This document shows positions 8,583 to 17,914 of a DNA stretch of 56,419 nt, piece by piece (the first letter of the stretch is position 1; the number at the start of each line of letters is the position of its first letter). Both the position numbers and the translations under genes were made by a program. The DNA comes from a virus (lineage: Duplodnaviria > Caudoviricetes): the IMG/VR virus record IMGVR_UViG_3300006802_000112, positions 1 to 56,419 of that record. One strand, given 5' to 3'. The notes below the pieces were generated by a model. The model saw nothing but the letters and a program-made list of their open reading frames with translations. It ran no database searches and was not told the DNA's origin.

Positions 8583-9593
8583 ATGGGATTATTTGATGAA
8601 AGAGTAGAGTATAAACCATTTGAGTATCCAGAGTATTATACTAAAGGTTGGTTACCCCAAGCACAGGCTTTTTGGTTACATACAGAAATATCTATGCAAG
8701 GTGATATAAAGGATTGGAACGAAAATCTAACTAAAGAAGAAAAGAATTTAGTAGGTAATATACTGTTAGGGTTTGCTCAAACTGAATGTGCTGTTAGTGA
8801 TTATTGGACAGGTATGGTTACTAATTGGTTTCCAAAGCATGAGATAAAGCAAATGGCTATGATATTTGGATCACAAGAGACAATACATGCAACAGCTTAC
8901 TCATACTTAAATGAAACACTTGGGTTAGAAGATTTTAAAGCATTTCTACATGAACCATCTATAGCTGATAAATTTGAATACTTAATGTCTACATCAAATA
9001 ATTGGACTCATTCAGAATTATCTTCTGTACCAAAGGCTAGAAAAGAGGTTGCTAAATCTTTAGCTATTTTCTCAGCATTTGCAGAAGGTGTTTCTCTATA
9101 TAGTTCTTTTGCTGTTTTATACTCATTTCAAATGAGAAACATGTTAAAAGGTATAGGTCAACAGATGAAGTGGTCAGTAAGAGATGAGTCACTACATTCA
9201 AGAATGGGTTGTCAGTTATTTAGACATATGTGCCAAGAGTACACAGATTTAAGTGAATTGGTTAAAGATGATGTCATAAAAGCAGCAAAATTAATGGTTG
9301 AAATGGAAATCAAGTTTATTGATAAGATGTTTGAAATGGGTGATTTAGAAAATCTTAAAGCTGAAGATTTAAAGAACTTTATAAAACAAAGGGCAAATGA
9401 AAAACTTGGAGAGCTAGGTTATAATGCTATTCCTGGTGGAGATTTTTATTTTGAATATGATGAAGAGTCAGCTAAGAATTTAGAGTGGTTTTATCATCTA
9501 ACAGGTGGTACTACACATACTGATTTCTTCGCTATAAGACCTACAGATTATGCAAAAGCAGGAGAAGATGATGATTGGGATGATATATTTTAA
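8583..9593 (+). CDS. nrdB: Class I ribonucleotide reductase beta subunit
   Basis: FWLHTEI, FAQTE, ETIHATAY, EGVSLYSSF, RDESLH, DFF..RPTDY; start at ATG 8583 (MGLFDER) after the terminator. Confidence 0.95.
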   Translation: MGLFDERVEYKPFEYPEYYTKGWLPQAQAFWLHTEISMQGDIKDWNENLTKEEKNLVGNILLGFAQTECAVSDYWTGMVTNWFPKHEIKQMAMIFGSQETIHATAYSYLNETLGLEDFKAFLHEPSIADKFEYLMSTSNNWTHSELSSVPKARKEVAKSLAIFSAFAEGVSLYSSFAVLYSFQMRNMLKGIGQQMKWSVRDESLHSRMGCQLFRHMCQEYTDLSELVKDDVIKAAKLMVEMEIKFIDKMFEMGDLENLKAEDLKNFIKQRANEKLGELGYNAIPGGDFYFEYDEESAKNLEWFYHLTGGTTHTDFFAIRPTDYAKAGEDDDWDDIF

Positions 9594-9604
9594 AAAACTA
9601 AAAA

Positions 9605-11386
9605 ATGAATGAAGTAAATAAATTATTAGAAAAACTTAATTGGGAGAGAGGAGTTGATGTACCTGAGTGGGGTTGTACAGATGTTTACCTAAAAACAATA
9701 TCTAGGGGATATTTATTAGAGGGTGAATCACCTAAGGATGCTTATTGGAGAGTTAGTACAACAGTAGCCAAAAGATTGGGTAAGCCAGAACTCGCTAGTA
9801 AATTCTTTGATTTTATATGGAAGGGTTGGTTGTGTTTAGCCTCTCCTGTTTTAGCTAACACAGGAACAGAAAGAGGTTTACCGATAAGTTGTTTTGGTAT
9901 AGATGCAGCAGATAGCATACTAGATATTGGAAATAAAAATCTAGAGATGATGCTATTAGCAAAGCATGGTGGTGGTGTTGGAATAGGTGTAAATCAGATA
10001 AGACCAGCAGGCTCTCCTATAAAAAACAATGGAACATCAGATGGTGTAATACCATTTATAAAAATGTATGATTCTACGATACTTGCAACAAATCAAGGTA
10101 ACGTTAGAAGAGGGGCAGCATCTGTTAACTTAAATATAGAACATAACGATTTTTGGGATTGGTTAGAGATTAGAGAACCTAAAGGAGATGTTAATAGGCA
10201 ATGTTTAAATATGCATCAATGTGTTATTGTTTCTAATAAGTTTATGCGTATGGTTGAACAGGGTGATGAAGAAGCTAGAAGGAAATGGGCGGCTGTCTTA
10301 AGGAAAAGAAGACAGACAGGTGAGCCATATATTATGTTTAAGGGCAATGTAAATAATCAGAATCCAGATGCGTATAAAAATAATGGTCTTAAAGTCTTTA
10401 TGACAAACATATGTTCTGAAATTGTTTTACATACTGATGAATCTCATTCATTTGTTTGTTGTCTAAGTTCTTTAAATTTAGCAAAATATGATGAGTGGGA
10501 AAACACAGATTTGGTATATACAGCAACTTTATTTTTAGATGGTGTACTTGATGAGTTTATACAAAGAGCTAAATTCATGAAGGGATTTGAAAATACAATA
10601 AGGTCAGCTGAGAAAGGTAGGGCGTTAGGTCTAGGTGTTCTTGGTTGGCACACATACTTACAAGAGAAAGGTATTCCATTTGAGGGTCTAATTGCACAAC
10701 ATCATACAAGAAAAGTATTCTCTCAAATGAAGATAGAATCTGAGAGAGCATCTAGAGATATGGCTGAAGAATATGGTGAGCCATTATGGTGTGTTGGAAC
10801 AGGTATGAGGAATACACACTTAAGAGCAATAGCACCAACTGTTTCTAATTCAAAACTATCTGGTAATGTTTCAGCAGGAATAGAGCCATGGCCAGCTAAT
10901 GTTTGGACTGAGCAATCAGCTAAGGGTACATTTATTAGAAAAAACCCAACGCTAGAGAAGTGCTTAAAGAAGATAAAAATAAATAGTAAGGAAATTTGGG
11001 ATAAGATATTGGAAGATGGAGGTTCGATACTAGGTATTGATGAATTAAATGATTGGGGATTTGTTGATGGTAAACTAATCAATAAAGAACAATTTGAAGG
11101 TTTTGAATCAGACTTTATTCCATTCAAAGATGTATTTAAAACATTTAAAGAATTGAACCAACTAGATTTAGTAAAACAAGCTGGTATAAGACAACAGTAT
11201 ATAGATCAATCTGTTTCATTAAACTTAGCATTCCCAAAAGAAGCTTCTCCAAAATGGATAAACCAAGTTCATATTGAGGCTTGGAAACAGGGTATAAAAA
11301 CATTATACTACATGAGAACAGAGTCTGTTTTAAGAGGAGATATAGCCAAAGCAGCTATGGTAGATTGTATAGCCTGTGATGGTTAA
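9605..11386 (+). CDS. nrdA: Class I ribonucleotide reductase alpha subunit (no ATP cone)
   Basis: PISCF, GGGVG, RRGA, TNICSEI, CCLSSLN, IAPTVS, KTLYY, C-terminal CIAC. Confidence 0.96.
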   Translation: MNEVNKLLEKLNWERGVDVPEWGCTDVYLKTISRGYLLEGESPKDAYWRVSTTVAKRLGKPELASKFFDFIWKGWLCLASPVLANTGTERGLPISCFGIDAADSILDIGNKNLEMMLLAKHGGGVGIGVNQIRPAGSPIKNNGTSDGVIPFIKMYDSTILATNQGNVRRGAASVNLNIEHNDFWDWLEIREPKGDVNRQCLNMHQCVIVSNKFMRMVEQGDEEARRKWAAVLRKRRQTGEPYIMFKGNVNNQNPDAYKNNGLKVFMTNICSEIVLHTDESHSFVCCLSSLNLAKYDEWENTDLVYTATLFLDGVLDEFIQRAKFMKGFENTIRSAEKGRALGLGVLGWHTYLQEKGIPFEGLIAQHHTRKVFSQMKIESERASRDMAEEYGEPLWCVGTGMRNTHLRAIAPTVSNSKLSGNVSAGIEPWPANVWTEQSAKGTFIRKNPTLEKCLKKIKINSKEIWDKILEDGGSILGIDELNDWGFVDGKLINKEQFEGFESDFIPFKDVFKTFKELNQLDLVKQAGIRQQYIDQSVSLNLAFPKEASPKWINQVHIEAWKQGIKTLYYMRTESVLRGDIAKAAMVDCIACDG

Positions 11387-11409
11387 ATAAAAAAATAGTT
11401 TAAATTTTT

Positions 11410-11443
11410 AGGGAGGATTTTTTTGAAAAGTCCTCCTTTTTTT
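11410..11443 (+). terminator. Intrinsic terminator after nrdA
   Basis: GGAGGATTT...AAGTCCTCC followed by T run. Confidence 0.75.
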
Positions 11444-11452
11444 GTAATTTTG
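11422..11452 (+). promoter_or_regulatory. Bacteroidota-type promoter overlapping the terminator
   Basis: TTTG 11422-11425, 19-nt spacer, TAATTTTG 11445-11452. Confidence 0.7.
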
Positions 11453-11471
11453 TAACAAATAAATATATATT

Positions 11472-11654
11472 ATGATAACAACAGTTTTATTAAGATCAAA
11501 GGTAATTAATATAGCATTTTGTGCTTTAAAGAAAAGAGAAAGAGAGTTTACAGTAATACCGACTATTGAAATAGTTGTTCCAAATGACATTGAAGGTTTG
11601 TCTTTTGAAATTAGATTTTTAAAATTTTCAATGGGTATATTTTTTATAAAATGA
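11472..11654 (+). CDS. Small hypothetical protein
   Basis: First ORF after the promoter; ATGA overlap with next. Confidence 0.5.
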   Translation: MITTVLLRSKVINIAFCALKKREREFTVIPTIEIVVPNDIEGLSFEIRFLKFSMGIFFIK

Positions 11655-12226
11655 TAAGAAAGTCTTACGAATGTGAAATGGATGGTTGTAACCAAAAAGT
11701 TAGTATAAGGAGTACCTTAAGAACTGGTTCAAATAGAGGATTAAAGGTTTGTCCATCTTGTAAAATGAGATATGATAAATCAAGCCAAACTTATAAAGGC
11801 TTAGCTTTAGCTAAAAAGAAAAAAGAGGAAGATAAGGATTTGGATTGGTACTATAAACATCATATATCTAGATGTGATTCTAGTGAGCAAAGCGGTGTAA
11901 AAATATCTCATCCAACAAAGGCTAATATCTGCCATTTATTTGATAAGAGTAGGCATCCAGAGTTAAGGTATAATAGGTTAAACTTTTTGTACCTAACAAT
12001 AGACGAACATGCACAATTTGATAATCTTTTATATACACACCAATTTAAGAAATTAGAAGAAGATTTTGAAACTAGTTGGAGAATAGCTATAGGAAGATTT
12101 GCTAAGATAATTCCAAATTGTTCATCAAAAACAACTTTTTACCATAAGATAAGAGATTATTTATATGGTGATGGTCACGATTTTGTACACGATAAGAGTA
12201 AATATAAAAAGTATGGCTTGGATTAA
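11651..12226 (+). CDS. Zn-finger plus HNH-like (NinG-like) nuclease
   Basis: CEMDGC...CPSC; NICHLFDKSRHPELRY...N...EHAQFD. Confidence 0.55.
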   Translation: MIRKSYECEMDGCNQKVSIRSTLRTGSNRGLKVCPSCKMRYDKSSQTYKGLALAKKKKEEDKDLDWYYKHHISRCDSSEQSGVKISHPTKANICHLFDKSRHPELRYNRLNFLYLTIDEHAQFDNLLYTHQFKKLEEDFETSWRIAIGRFAKIIPNCSSKTTFYHKIRDYLYGDGHDFVHDKSKYKKYGLD

Positions 12227-12809
12227 TTTTGAGTATTTAGAACAAAAAAAGATGTCCGTATATGATTTTATTATATTACAGACTATAAAACAAAATAAAT
12301 ATGAAGATAGAGAGAAGGATATAGAAAAAATGTGTCAAAAAGTTGATATATTCTTTTTAGAACAAGAAGGTCTTGTTGATTATATAAAAGGTGATAAATC
12401 AGATTCTCAATACAAGAGAATGAGATTATCTAAAAAGGGAGATTCAATATTAGATGATATATCTACAGCTGGTGTTTTAGAAGAGGATGTAACTGTTTAT
12501 AATTGGTTGGCTAAGGTTTATAAAAAAGAAGGTAAAGAGCTTGGCAATATGGCTAAGGGTAAAAGAATGTTAGCACAATTTAGAGCAGAGTCAGGGATAA
12601 GTAAAAATCATTTGGCTTACTTATGTAAAGAATTTCTAAATGATGAAGAGGCATACAAATGGTCTCAAAAACTAGAATACTTATTTTTCAAAGCACCATC
12701 TGCTTATAGTACTAGATTTGATTTAGGTGAATCTAAATTATATCAATACTACTTAAGGAATAAAGAAAAGTTTGATAACAAATTTAAAAGTATAAATAAT
12801 GGAAATTAA
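12213..12809 (+). CDS. Hypothetical replication-associated protein
   Basis: Immediately upstream of and overlapping the helicase; likely start MAWINFEY. Confidence 0.5.
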   Translation: MAWINFEYLEQKKMSVYDFIILQTIKQNKYEDREKDIEKMCQKVDIFFLEQEGLVDYIKGDKSDSQYKRMRLSKKGDSILDDISTAGVLEEDVTVYNWLAKVYKKEGKELGNMAKGKRMLAQFRAESGISKNHLAYLCKEFLNDEEAYKWSQKLEYLFFKAPSAYSTRFDLGESKLYQYYLRNKEKFDNKFKSINNGN

Positions 12810-13876
12810 GCAAATAAATGGTCTTGTTAAAGATGCCTTTGTAGAACTTAAAAAGTTTCAATCTGGTGAAAAACAGTTAGTTAAAACTGGATATGAATGT
12901 ATTGATTCTCATATCGGTGGTTTGCTTAATGGTGATATATTACTTATTAGTGCATTAAGTGGTCATGGAAAGAGTGAGATGCTTTTTCGTATGAAGAAAA
13001 ACATTTTAGATTTAAATGTAAATAGTGAGGCTGAAGATTATGTTTTCTTGGATATATCCCTAGAGATGAAGGTTTTTAATATAGTTCTTAGGGGTATACA
13101 TAGAGAGATGAATAAATCCAAAAAAAAGATATTATTTGAAGAGTTTACAGAAGAGGAAAAAGAAATAGCAAAAAAGTGTTATGAATCAATGAAGGATGAA
13201 AGACAATTTATAAGTCAATCTCCTACAAGTCCTGATCAATTTTATAAAGGTTGTAAAGAGTTTTTAGATGGGATGGTCGATAAAAAAGCTGTTTTTAGCG
13301 ATAGACCATGTTCTTTTGATATCTGGTGGAGATAAGAAAAAAGCCTTAGAAGATGTTGTGGAGTATATGAATAGATTAAAGTTAGATTATGAGAATGTAT
13401 ATTTCATAATGTTATCCCAAATGAATAGAAGTATAATGGGTAGAATATCAGAAAAGAATAATGCAGCTATTCCTAATCCTGGAGACTTGTATGGCTCTGA
13501 ATTTATGACACAGATAACATCTTATTCAATTGCACTATTTAATCCATATAAGGTTGGCATAGATGAGTATATGAAAGTTAATACTAGTAGGTATGAATAT
13601 TTAGCTGAACATTTTGTTAGTGAGAAAGGTAGTAAGGCTAGTTTTGATACAATAGGTAAGCTATTTTATCACGTTCTAAAGGTTAGAGAGGGTGAGGCTG
13701 TGTTTAAAGATTTATTCATTGAGGAAATGGATTTAGATAGTGATACCCTCAATAAATTAAGACAAGAGAAAATAGAAAACAAAAAAGATAATGATGTAGT
13801 AGAAGATGAAGATATAGATATTCCTGTATTCAGTAGTACTGCTCTTACTAATGCAAAGGGTGTAGAATTTAATTAA
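12799..13876 (+). CDS. dnaB: DnaB-like (SF4) replicative helicase split by a frameshift near 13291-13297
   Basis: ORF1 (12799-13335): KTGY..ID, Walker A ALSGHGKS, SLEM. ORF2 (13268-13876): Walker B AIDH, LSQMNR, DLYGS, LKVR. Confidence 0.82.
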
Positions 13877-13882
13877 TATTTT

Positions 13883-15841
13883 ATGGACTTAAATAAAGTA
13901 ATAATATTTGATATTGAGACTAATGGTATGTTAGAAGATTTGGATAGGTTACATGTTATGTCTATTGGTTATATATCTGATAATGGTAAATGGACTATTG
14001 AATCTATGAATGATGAAAGTAAGATTAAGTCATTCTTTGAGGATTCTAATAATGTAATGGTAGGTCATAATATTATTATGTATGATATACCTGCTATTGA
14101 GAAGCTTTATCCAGGTGTTAATATCAAATGTGGGGTTATTGATACTTTGCCGATTTCTTGGTATTTATATAATGAGAGAACAAAACATTCTCTAGAGAGT
14201 TGGGGAGAAACATTTGCTACATCTGAAACAAAGAAAGTAGCTATTGATGATTGGGAAAATTTATCTTATGAAGATTATGTTGAACGTTGTGAGGGGGATA
14301 TTAGAATAAATACTAACTTATGGGTTAAATCATTGAATGTTTTTAGACAATTATATGATTCTGATGAGGAGATAGTTAGTGTTATAAAATATCTTAATTT
14401 CAAAACTACATGTCTAAAGAAACAAAATGAGAATCCACTTAGAATAGATACTAAACAAGCAAACAAAAATCTAGAATATCTAAATGATATAATTGAGGAA
14501 AAGAAGGAAGAGTTAAAAAAGATTATGCCATCAATACCTAAATATAAAATTGTTACAAAACCTAGTAAAGGATTGTATAAAAAAGATGGTAGTTTATCTG
14601 TAGCTGGTGAGAAATGGTTAACATATTTAGATGGGTGTGGCTTACCAAGAGATTATGATGGAGAAATAAAAGTATTGCATAGTGAAGAGGAACCTAATCC
14701 AGCATCTACAATACAAATAAAGGATTTTCTAACAAGCAAGGGGTGGAAACCTAAAATATTTAAAGATGGTGCTAATGGTAAAGTTCCACAATTAAGAGAT
14801 GATAATAAAAATCTTTGTAAAAGTGTATATAAACTTATTGATAAATACCCAGAATTAGAGGCTTTAGATGGGTTATCTGTGGCTCAACATAGGTATGGTA
14901 TACTTAAGGGTATAATTGAGAGTGTAGACAATAATGGATATGCACCAGCACAGGCTAATGGTTTTACAAAAACATTTAGGTTAAAGCACAAAAAACCATT
15001 TGTAAATTTACCAAAACCAACTCAGCAATATGGTGAATTAATAAGATCCGTTATAATAGCACCAGAGGGTTATTCTGTTATTGGTAGTGATGTTGGTTCA
15101 TTAGAAGATAAAACTAAGCAAATAGCCATTTATTCCTATGATAAGGAGTATGTGGAACAAATGAATACTAAAGGTTTTGATGCACACTTAGATATTGGGC
15201 TAAGTGCAAAGATGTTTTCAAAATCTGAAGTTAATTTCTTCAAGTGGTATAAGTCTTGGGAAAAAGATAAAAACGAAGAACTGATACCTGAGGACTATAA
15301 AAATGCAACAATGTTGCAAATGGAAGAATTATATGGTAAACTTACTAAAAAAAGGCATGTAGCTAAAACAGTTAATTATGCATGTACATATGGTGCTGGT
15401 GCAAATAAGATATCAGAATCAGCTAAAATACCTGTAAAAGAAGCTGAAGGAATTATTGATGCATATTGGAAAAGAAATTGGTCAGTAAAACAATATGCTG
15501 AAGATAGGAAGGTTAAAAATGTAGATGGTAAAGATTGGGTATATAATCCATATAGTAAATTGTGGTTATACCTAACTTCTGATCATATTAAGTTTTCAGC
15601 TTGTAACCAGAATAGTGGTGCTAAATTCTTTGATACATGGGTATATTTCATGATGCAGTATGGTATAACCCCTTCAGCACAATTCCATGATGAAGTTTTG
15701 CTTTACGTTAAAAAAGGGGAAGAAAAACAAGTAAAAGAAAATTTACATAAAGCAATGGAAAAAGTAAACAAGGCTTATGAACTACCTATAATATTAGAGG
15801 TTGATGTATTGATTGGAGATAATTATGCAGAAGTCCACTAA
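13883..15841 (+). CDS. polA: Family A DNA polymerase with 3'-5' exonuclease (T7-like)
   Basis: FDIETNG, GHNIIMYD, motif A GSDVGSLE, motif B RHVAKTVNYACTYG, motif C FHDE. Confidence 0.95.
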   Translation: MDLNKVIIFDIETNGMLEDLDRLHVMSIGYISDNGKWTIESMNDESKIKSFFEDSNNVMVGHNIIMYDIPAIEKLYPGVNIKCGVIDTLPISWYLYNERTKHSLESWGETFATSETKKVAIDDWENLSYEDYVERCEGDIRINTNLWVKSLNVFRQLYDSDEEIVSVIKYLNFKTTCLKKQNENPLRIDTKQANKNLEYLNDIIEEKKEELKKIMPSIPKYKIVTKPSKGLYKKDGSLSVAGEKWLTYLDGCGLPRDYDGEIKVLHSEEEPNPASTIQIKDFLTSKGWKPKIFKDGANGKVPQLRDDNKNLCKSVYKLIDKYPELEALDGLSVAQHRYGILKGIIESVDNNGYAPAQANGFTKTFRLKHKKPFVNLPKPTQQYGELIRSVIIAPEGYSVIGSDVGSLEDKTKQIAIYSYDKEYVEQMNTKGFDAHLDIGLSAKMFSKSEVNFFKWYKSWEKDKNEELIPEDYKNATMLQMEELYGKLTKKRHVAKTVNYACTYGAGANKISESAKIPVKEAEGIIDAYWKRNWSVKQYAEDRKVKNVDGKDWVYNPYSKLWLYLTSDHIKFSACNQNSGAKFFDTWVYFMMQYGITPSAQFHDEVLLYVKKGEEKQVKENLHKAMEKVNKAYELPIILEVDVLIGDNYAEVH

Positions 15842-15846
15842 AAATA

Positions 15847-15877
15847 TTGGAATATTTAAAATAAATTAATACCTTTG
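15847..15877 (+). promoter_or_regulatory. Bacteroidota-type promoter
   Basis: TTG 15847-15849, 20-nt spacer, TACCTTTG 15870-15877, ATG at 15882. Confidence 0.7.
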
Positions 15878-15881
15878 TAGA

Positions 15882-16874
15882 ATGGATATAAAAAAACTTG
15901 CAAAAACTTATATAAAAAATGGATTCTCTGTAATTCCTTGTGGAGAAAACAAAACACCTTTGATACCAAATTGGGGGAAATTTCAAATATCACCTATGGG
16001 ATTAGATGAAGTTGATTCTAATTTTAGGAAAGCTAGGTATTTAGGTGTTTTGACAGGTGGTAGGTCTAGATTGTTTTGTATAGACTTTGATTTAAAATAC
16101 GATTTAGCAAATGATTTGTGGGATAGATATAAAGAATCTGTTCCTAATTCTATACTAAAAAAAGCTTATATACAGAAAACAAAGAATGGTGGTTATCATA
16201 TGGTATTTATGGTTCCAAAAACTAGATTATTTGGAAATCAGAAATTTGCATCTAGGGTAACAACTGAATATGAGAAACATGAAACTTATATGCATGCTTT
16301 TAGTAATCCAGACACTAGAGCAAAGGCATTAAAAATAGCAGGAAATGATAAATCTAGAGTATTAATAGAATCTAGGTCAGGTACAGAAAAAGCTTGTGGT
16401 GGTTACTTTATTATAGCACCATCACCAGGATATGAACATGTTTATGGGAAAATGCAAGATATATCAGAATCTGAGTATGATATTCTTGTAGAAGTGGCAC
16501 GATCTTTCAATGATGTTTCGTTAAAAGAGCAAGGTTATAAAGTCTACGATTCCCCTGATAAATGGGAAGTATCTCCTTTTGAACACTTTAACCAACAAGG
16601 AGACTCAATTGAAATACTTATTTCAAATGGGTGGGAGGTTGTAAGTGATAACAACAAAACTTCAAGGCTTAGAAGGGCAGGCCACACCCACTCTAAGTCC
16701 TCAGCTTTGTATGATAAGGATACTAAAATATTCAATTGTTTTAGTACATCTACTTCATTTGAAGTTGATAGGGGATACAACCCAACAGGGGTTTTTATTG
16801 AGGTAGAATGTGATGGCAATGCAAAAGAAGCTTATGGTAAGCTTATAGAACTTGGATGGGGAATAAAAAGATAA
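15882..16874 (+). CDS. Bifunctional primase-polymerase (Prim-Pol, AEP)
   Basis: GFSVIP...KTP...W..FQ, CIDFD, TKNGGYH, GGYFIIAPSPGY. Confidence 0.88.
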   Translation: MDIKKLAKTYIKNGFSVIPCGENKTPLIPNWGKFQISPMGLDEVDSNFRKARYLGVLTGGRSRLFCIDFDLKYDLANDLWDRYKESVPNSILKKAYIQKTKNGGYHMVFMVPKTRLFGNQKFASRVTTEYEKHETYMHAFSNPDTRAKALKIAGNDKSRVLIESRSGTEKACGGYFIIAPSPGYEHVYGKMQDISESEYDILVEVARSFNDVSLKEQGYKVYDSPDKWEVSPFEHFNQQGDSIEILISNGWEVVSDNNKTSRLRRAGHTHSKSSALYDKDTKIFNCFSTSTSFEVDRGYNPTGVFIEVECDGNAKEAYGKLIELGWGIKR

Positions 16875-16877
16875 ATT

Positions 16878-17450
16878 ATGGAATTAGATATAGCAATAAA
16901 AGATTTTATTGATTCTACTTATATTACAACAAAGAATCAATTACAACATGTAAAAAATAACGATTGGTCTAGTGATTCATTAAGATTTACAGACAAAGAA
17001 AGACAACACGATTTACAAGTGTTACTAACAGAAACTAATCTAGCTAATGCAAAAAGTTTATATGATATATGTAATAAAGATGTATCTCATAAAACTGTTA
17101 AAGAAGTTATGAAAGATTTTTTAGAATTTCAACGCATTTATAAAGTGAGAGGGGAAAACTATCTTAGATCATATGATTGGTCTAACCAGATAAATTTAGA
17201 GGAAGATGAAGATGAAGATTCAATTGGTGCTAGAGAAATAAAATTCCAAGATGGGATAAATAAAAATATAAGAAGCTTTACAGAAAAAGTTAGAAAAGTT
17301 AATGATGGTGAAACAGTTAAGTCTATAGATTTGAATATACTAAATAATGCTCCTATACCACTTGTTATGAGTGAAATGATGGAAAATAGACATCCTGAAA
17401 TTTTAGAGTATGTTAAGTATAAAGAAGAAAAAAGAAATAAGAATGATTAA
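16878..17450 (+). CDS. Hypothetical protein
   Basis: 190-aa ORF in the replication operon. Confidence 0.65.
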   Translation: MELDIAIKDFIDSTYITTKNQLQHVKNNDWSSDSLRFTDKERQHDLQVLLTETNLANAKSLYDICNKDVSHKTVKEVMKDFLEFQRIYKVRGENYLRSYDWSNQINLEEDEDEDSIGAREIKFQDGINKNIRSFTEKVRKVNDGETVKSIDLNILNNAPIPLVMSEMMENRHPEILEYVKYKEEKRNKND

Positions 17451-17913
17451 AGTAGAAGATATTGTAGATTTTAAACAGGAAACTGTTAAAGAGATTACAC
17501 AATGTTGTAAGAAGTTAGATGCATTGTGTATGGAGTATTCAGAAATAGAAGGTATAAGTGCTATATCTGATTTGGAAATATTGAAAAGAAAATTTGTTGG
17601 TGAATTCCAGTATTTTGCTAAATTATTTAGTAATGTTAAAAAATATAAGGGTGCATCACATACATATCTAGAGGACCAGAGAAAGCAAATAAAGGCTGAG
17701 GGTATAAATCTAATAATGGTTGATAAAAAGAATATAACAGCAGCTAAGGAATTAGTTTATGATACTGAATTTTATAAAGAAAGAATAGAGGTTATACAAA
17801 GTCTTATAAAGTTTTTTATAAAAACAGAGAATATGTATGACTATTATACATCTGTATTTCAATCAATTATACAAAGTGTTTCGATAGCATCTAAGGAAAA
17901 AATAATAAATTAG
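17443..17913 (+). CDS. Hypothetical helical protein
   Basis: Likely start ATG 17443; all-helical; precedes the SF2 helicase. Confidence 0.6.
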   Translation: MIKVEDIVDFKQETVKEITQCCKKLDALCMEYSEIEGISAISDLEILKRKFVGEFQYFAKLFSNVKKYKGASHTYLEDQRKQIKAEGINLIMVDKKNITAAKELVYDTEFYKERIEVIQSLIKFFIKTENMYDYYTSVFQSIIQSVSIASKEKIIN

Positions 17914-17914
17914 T

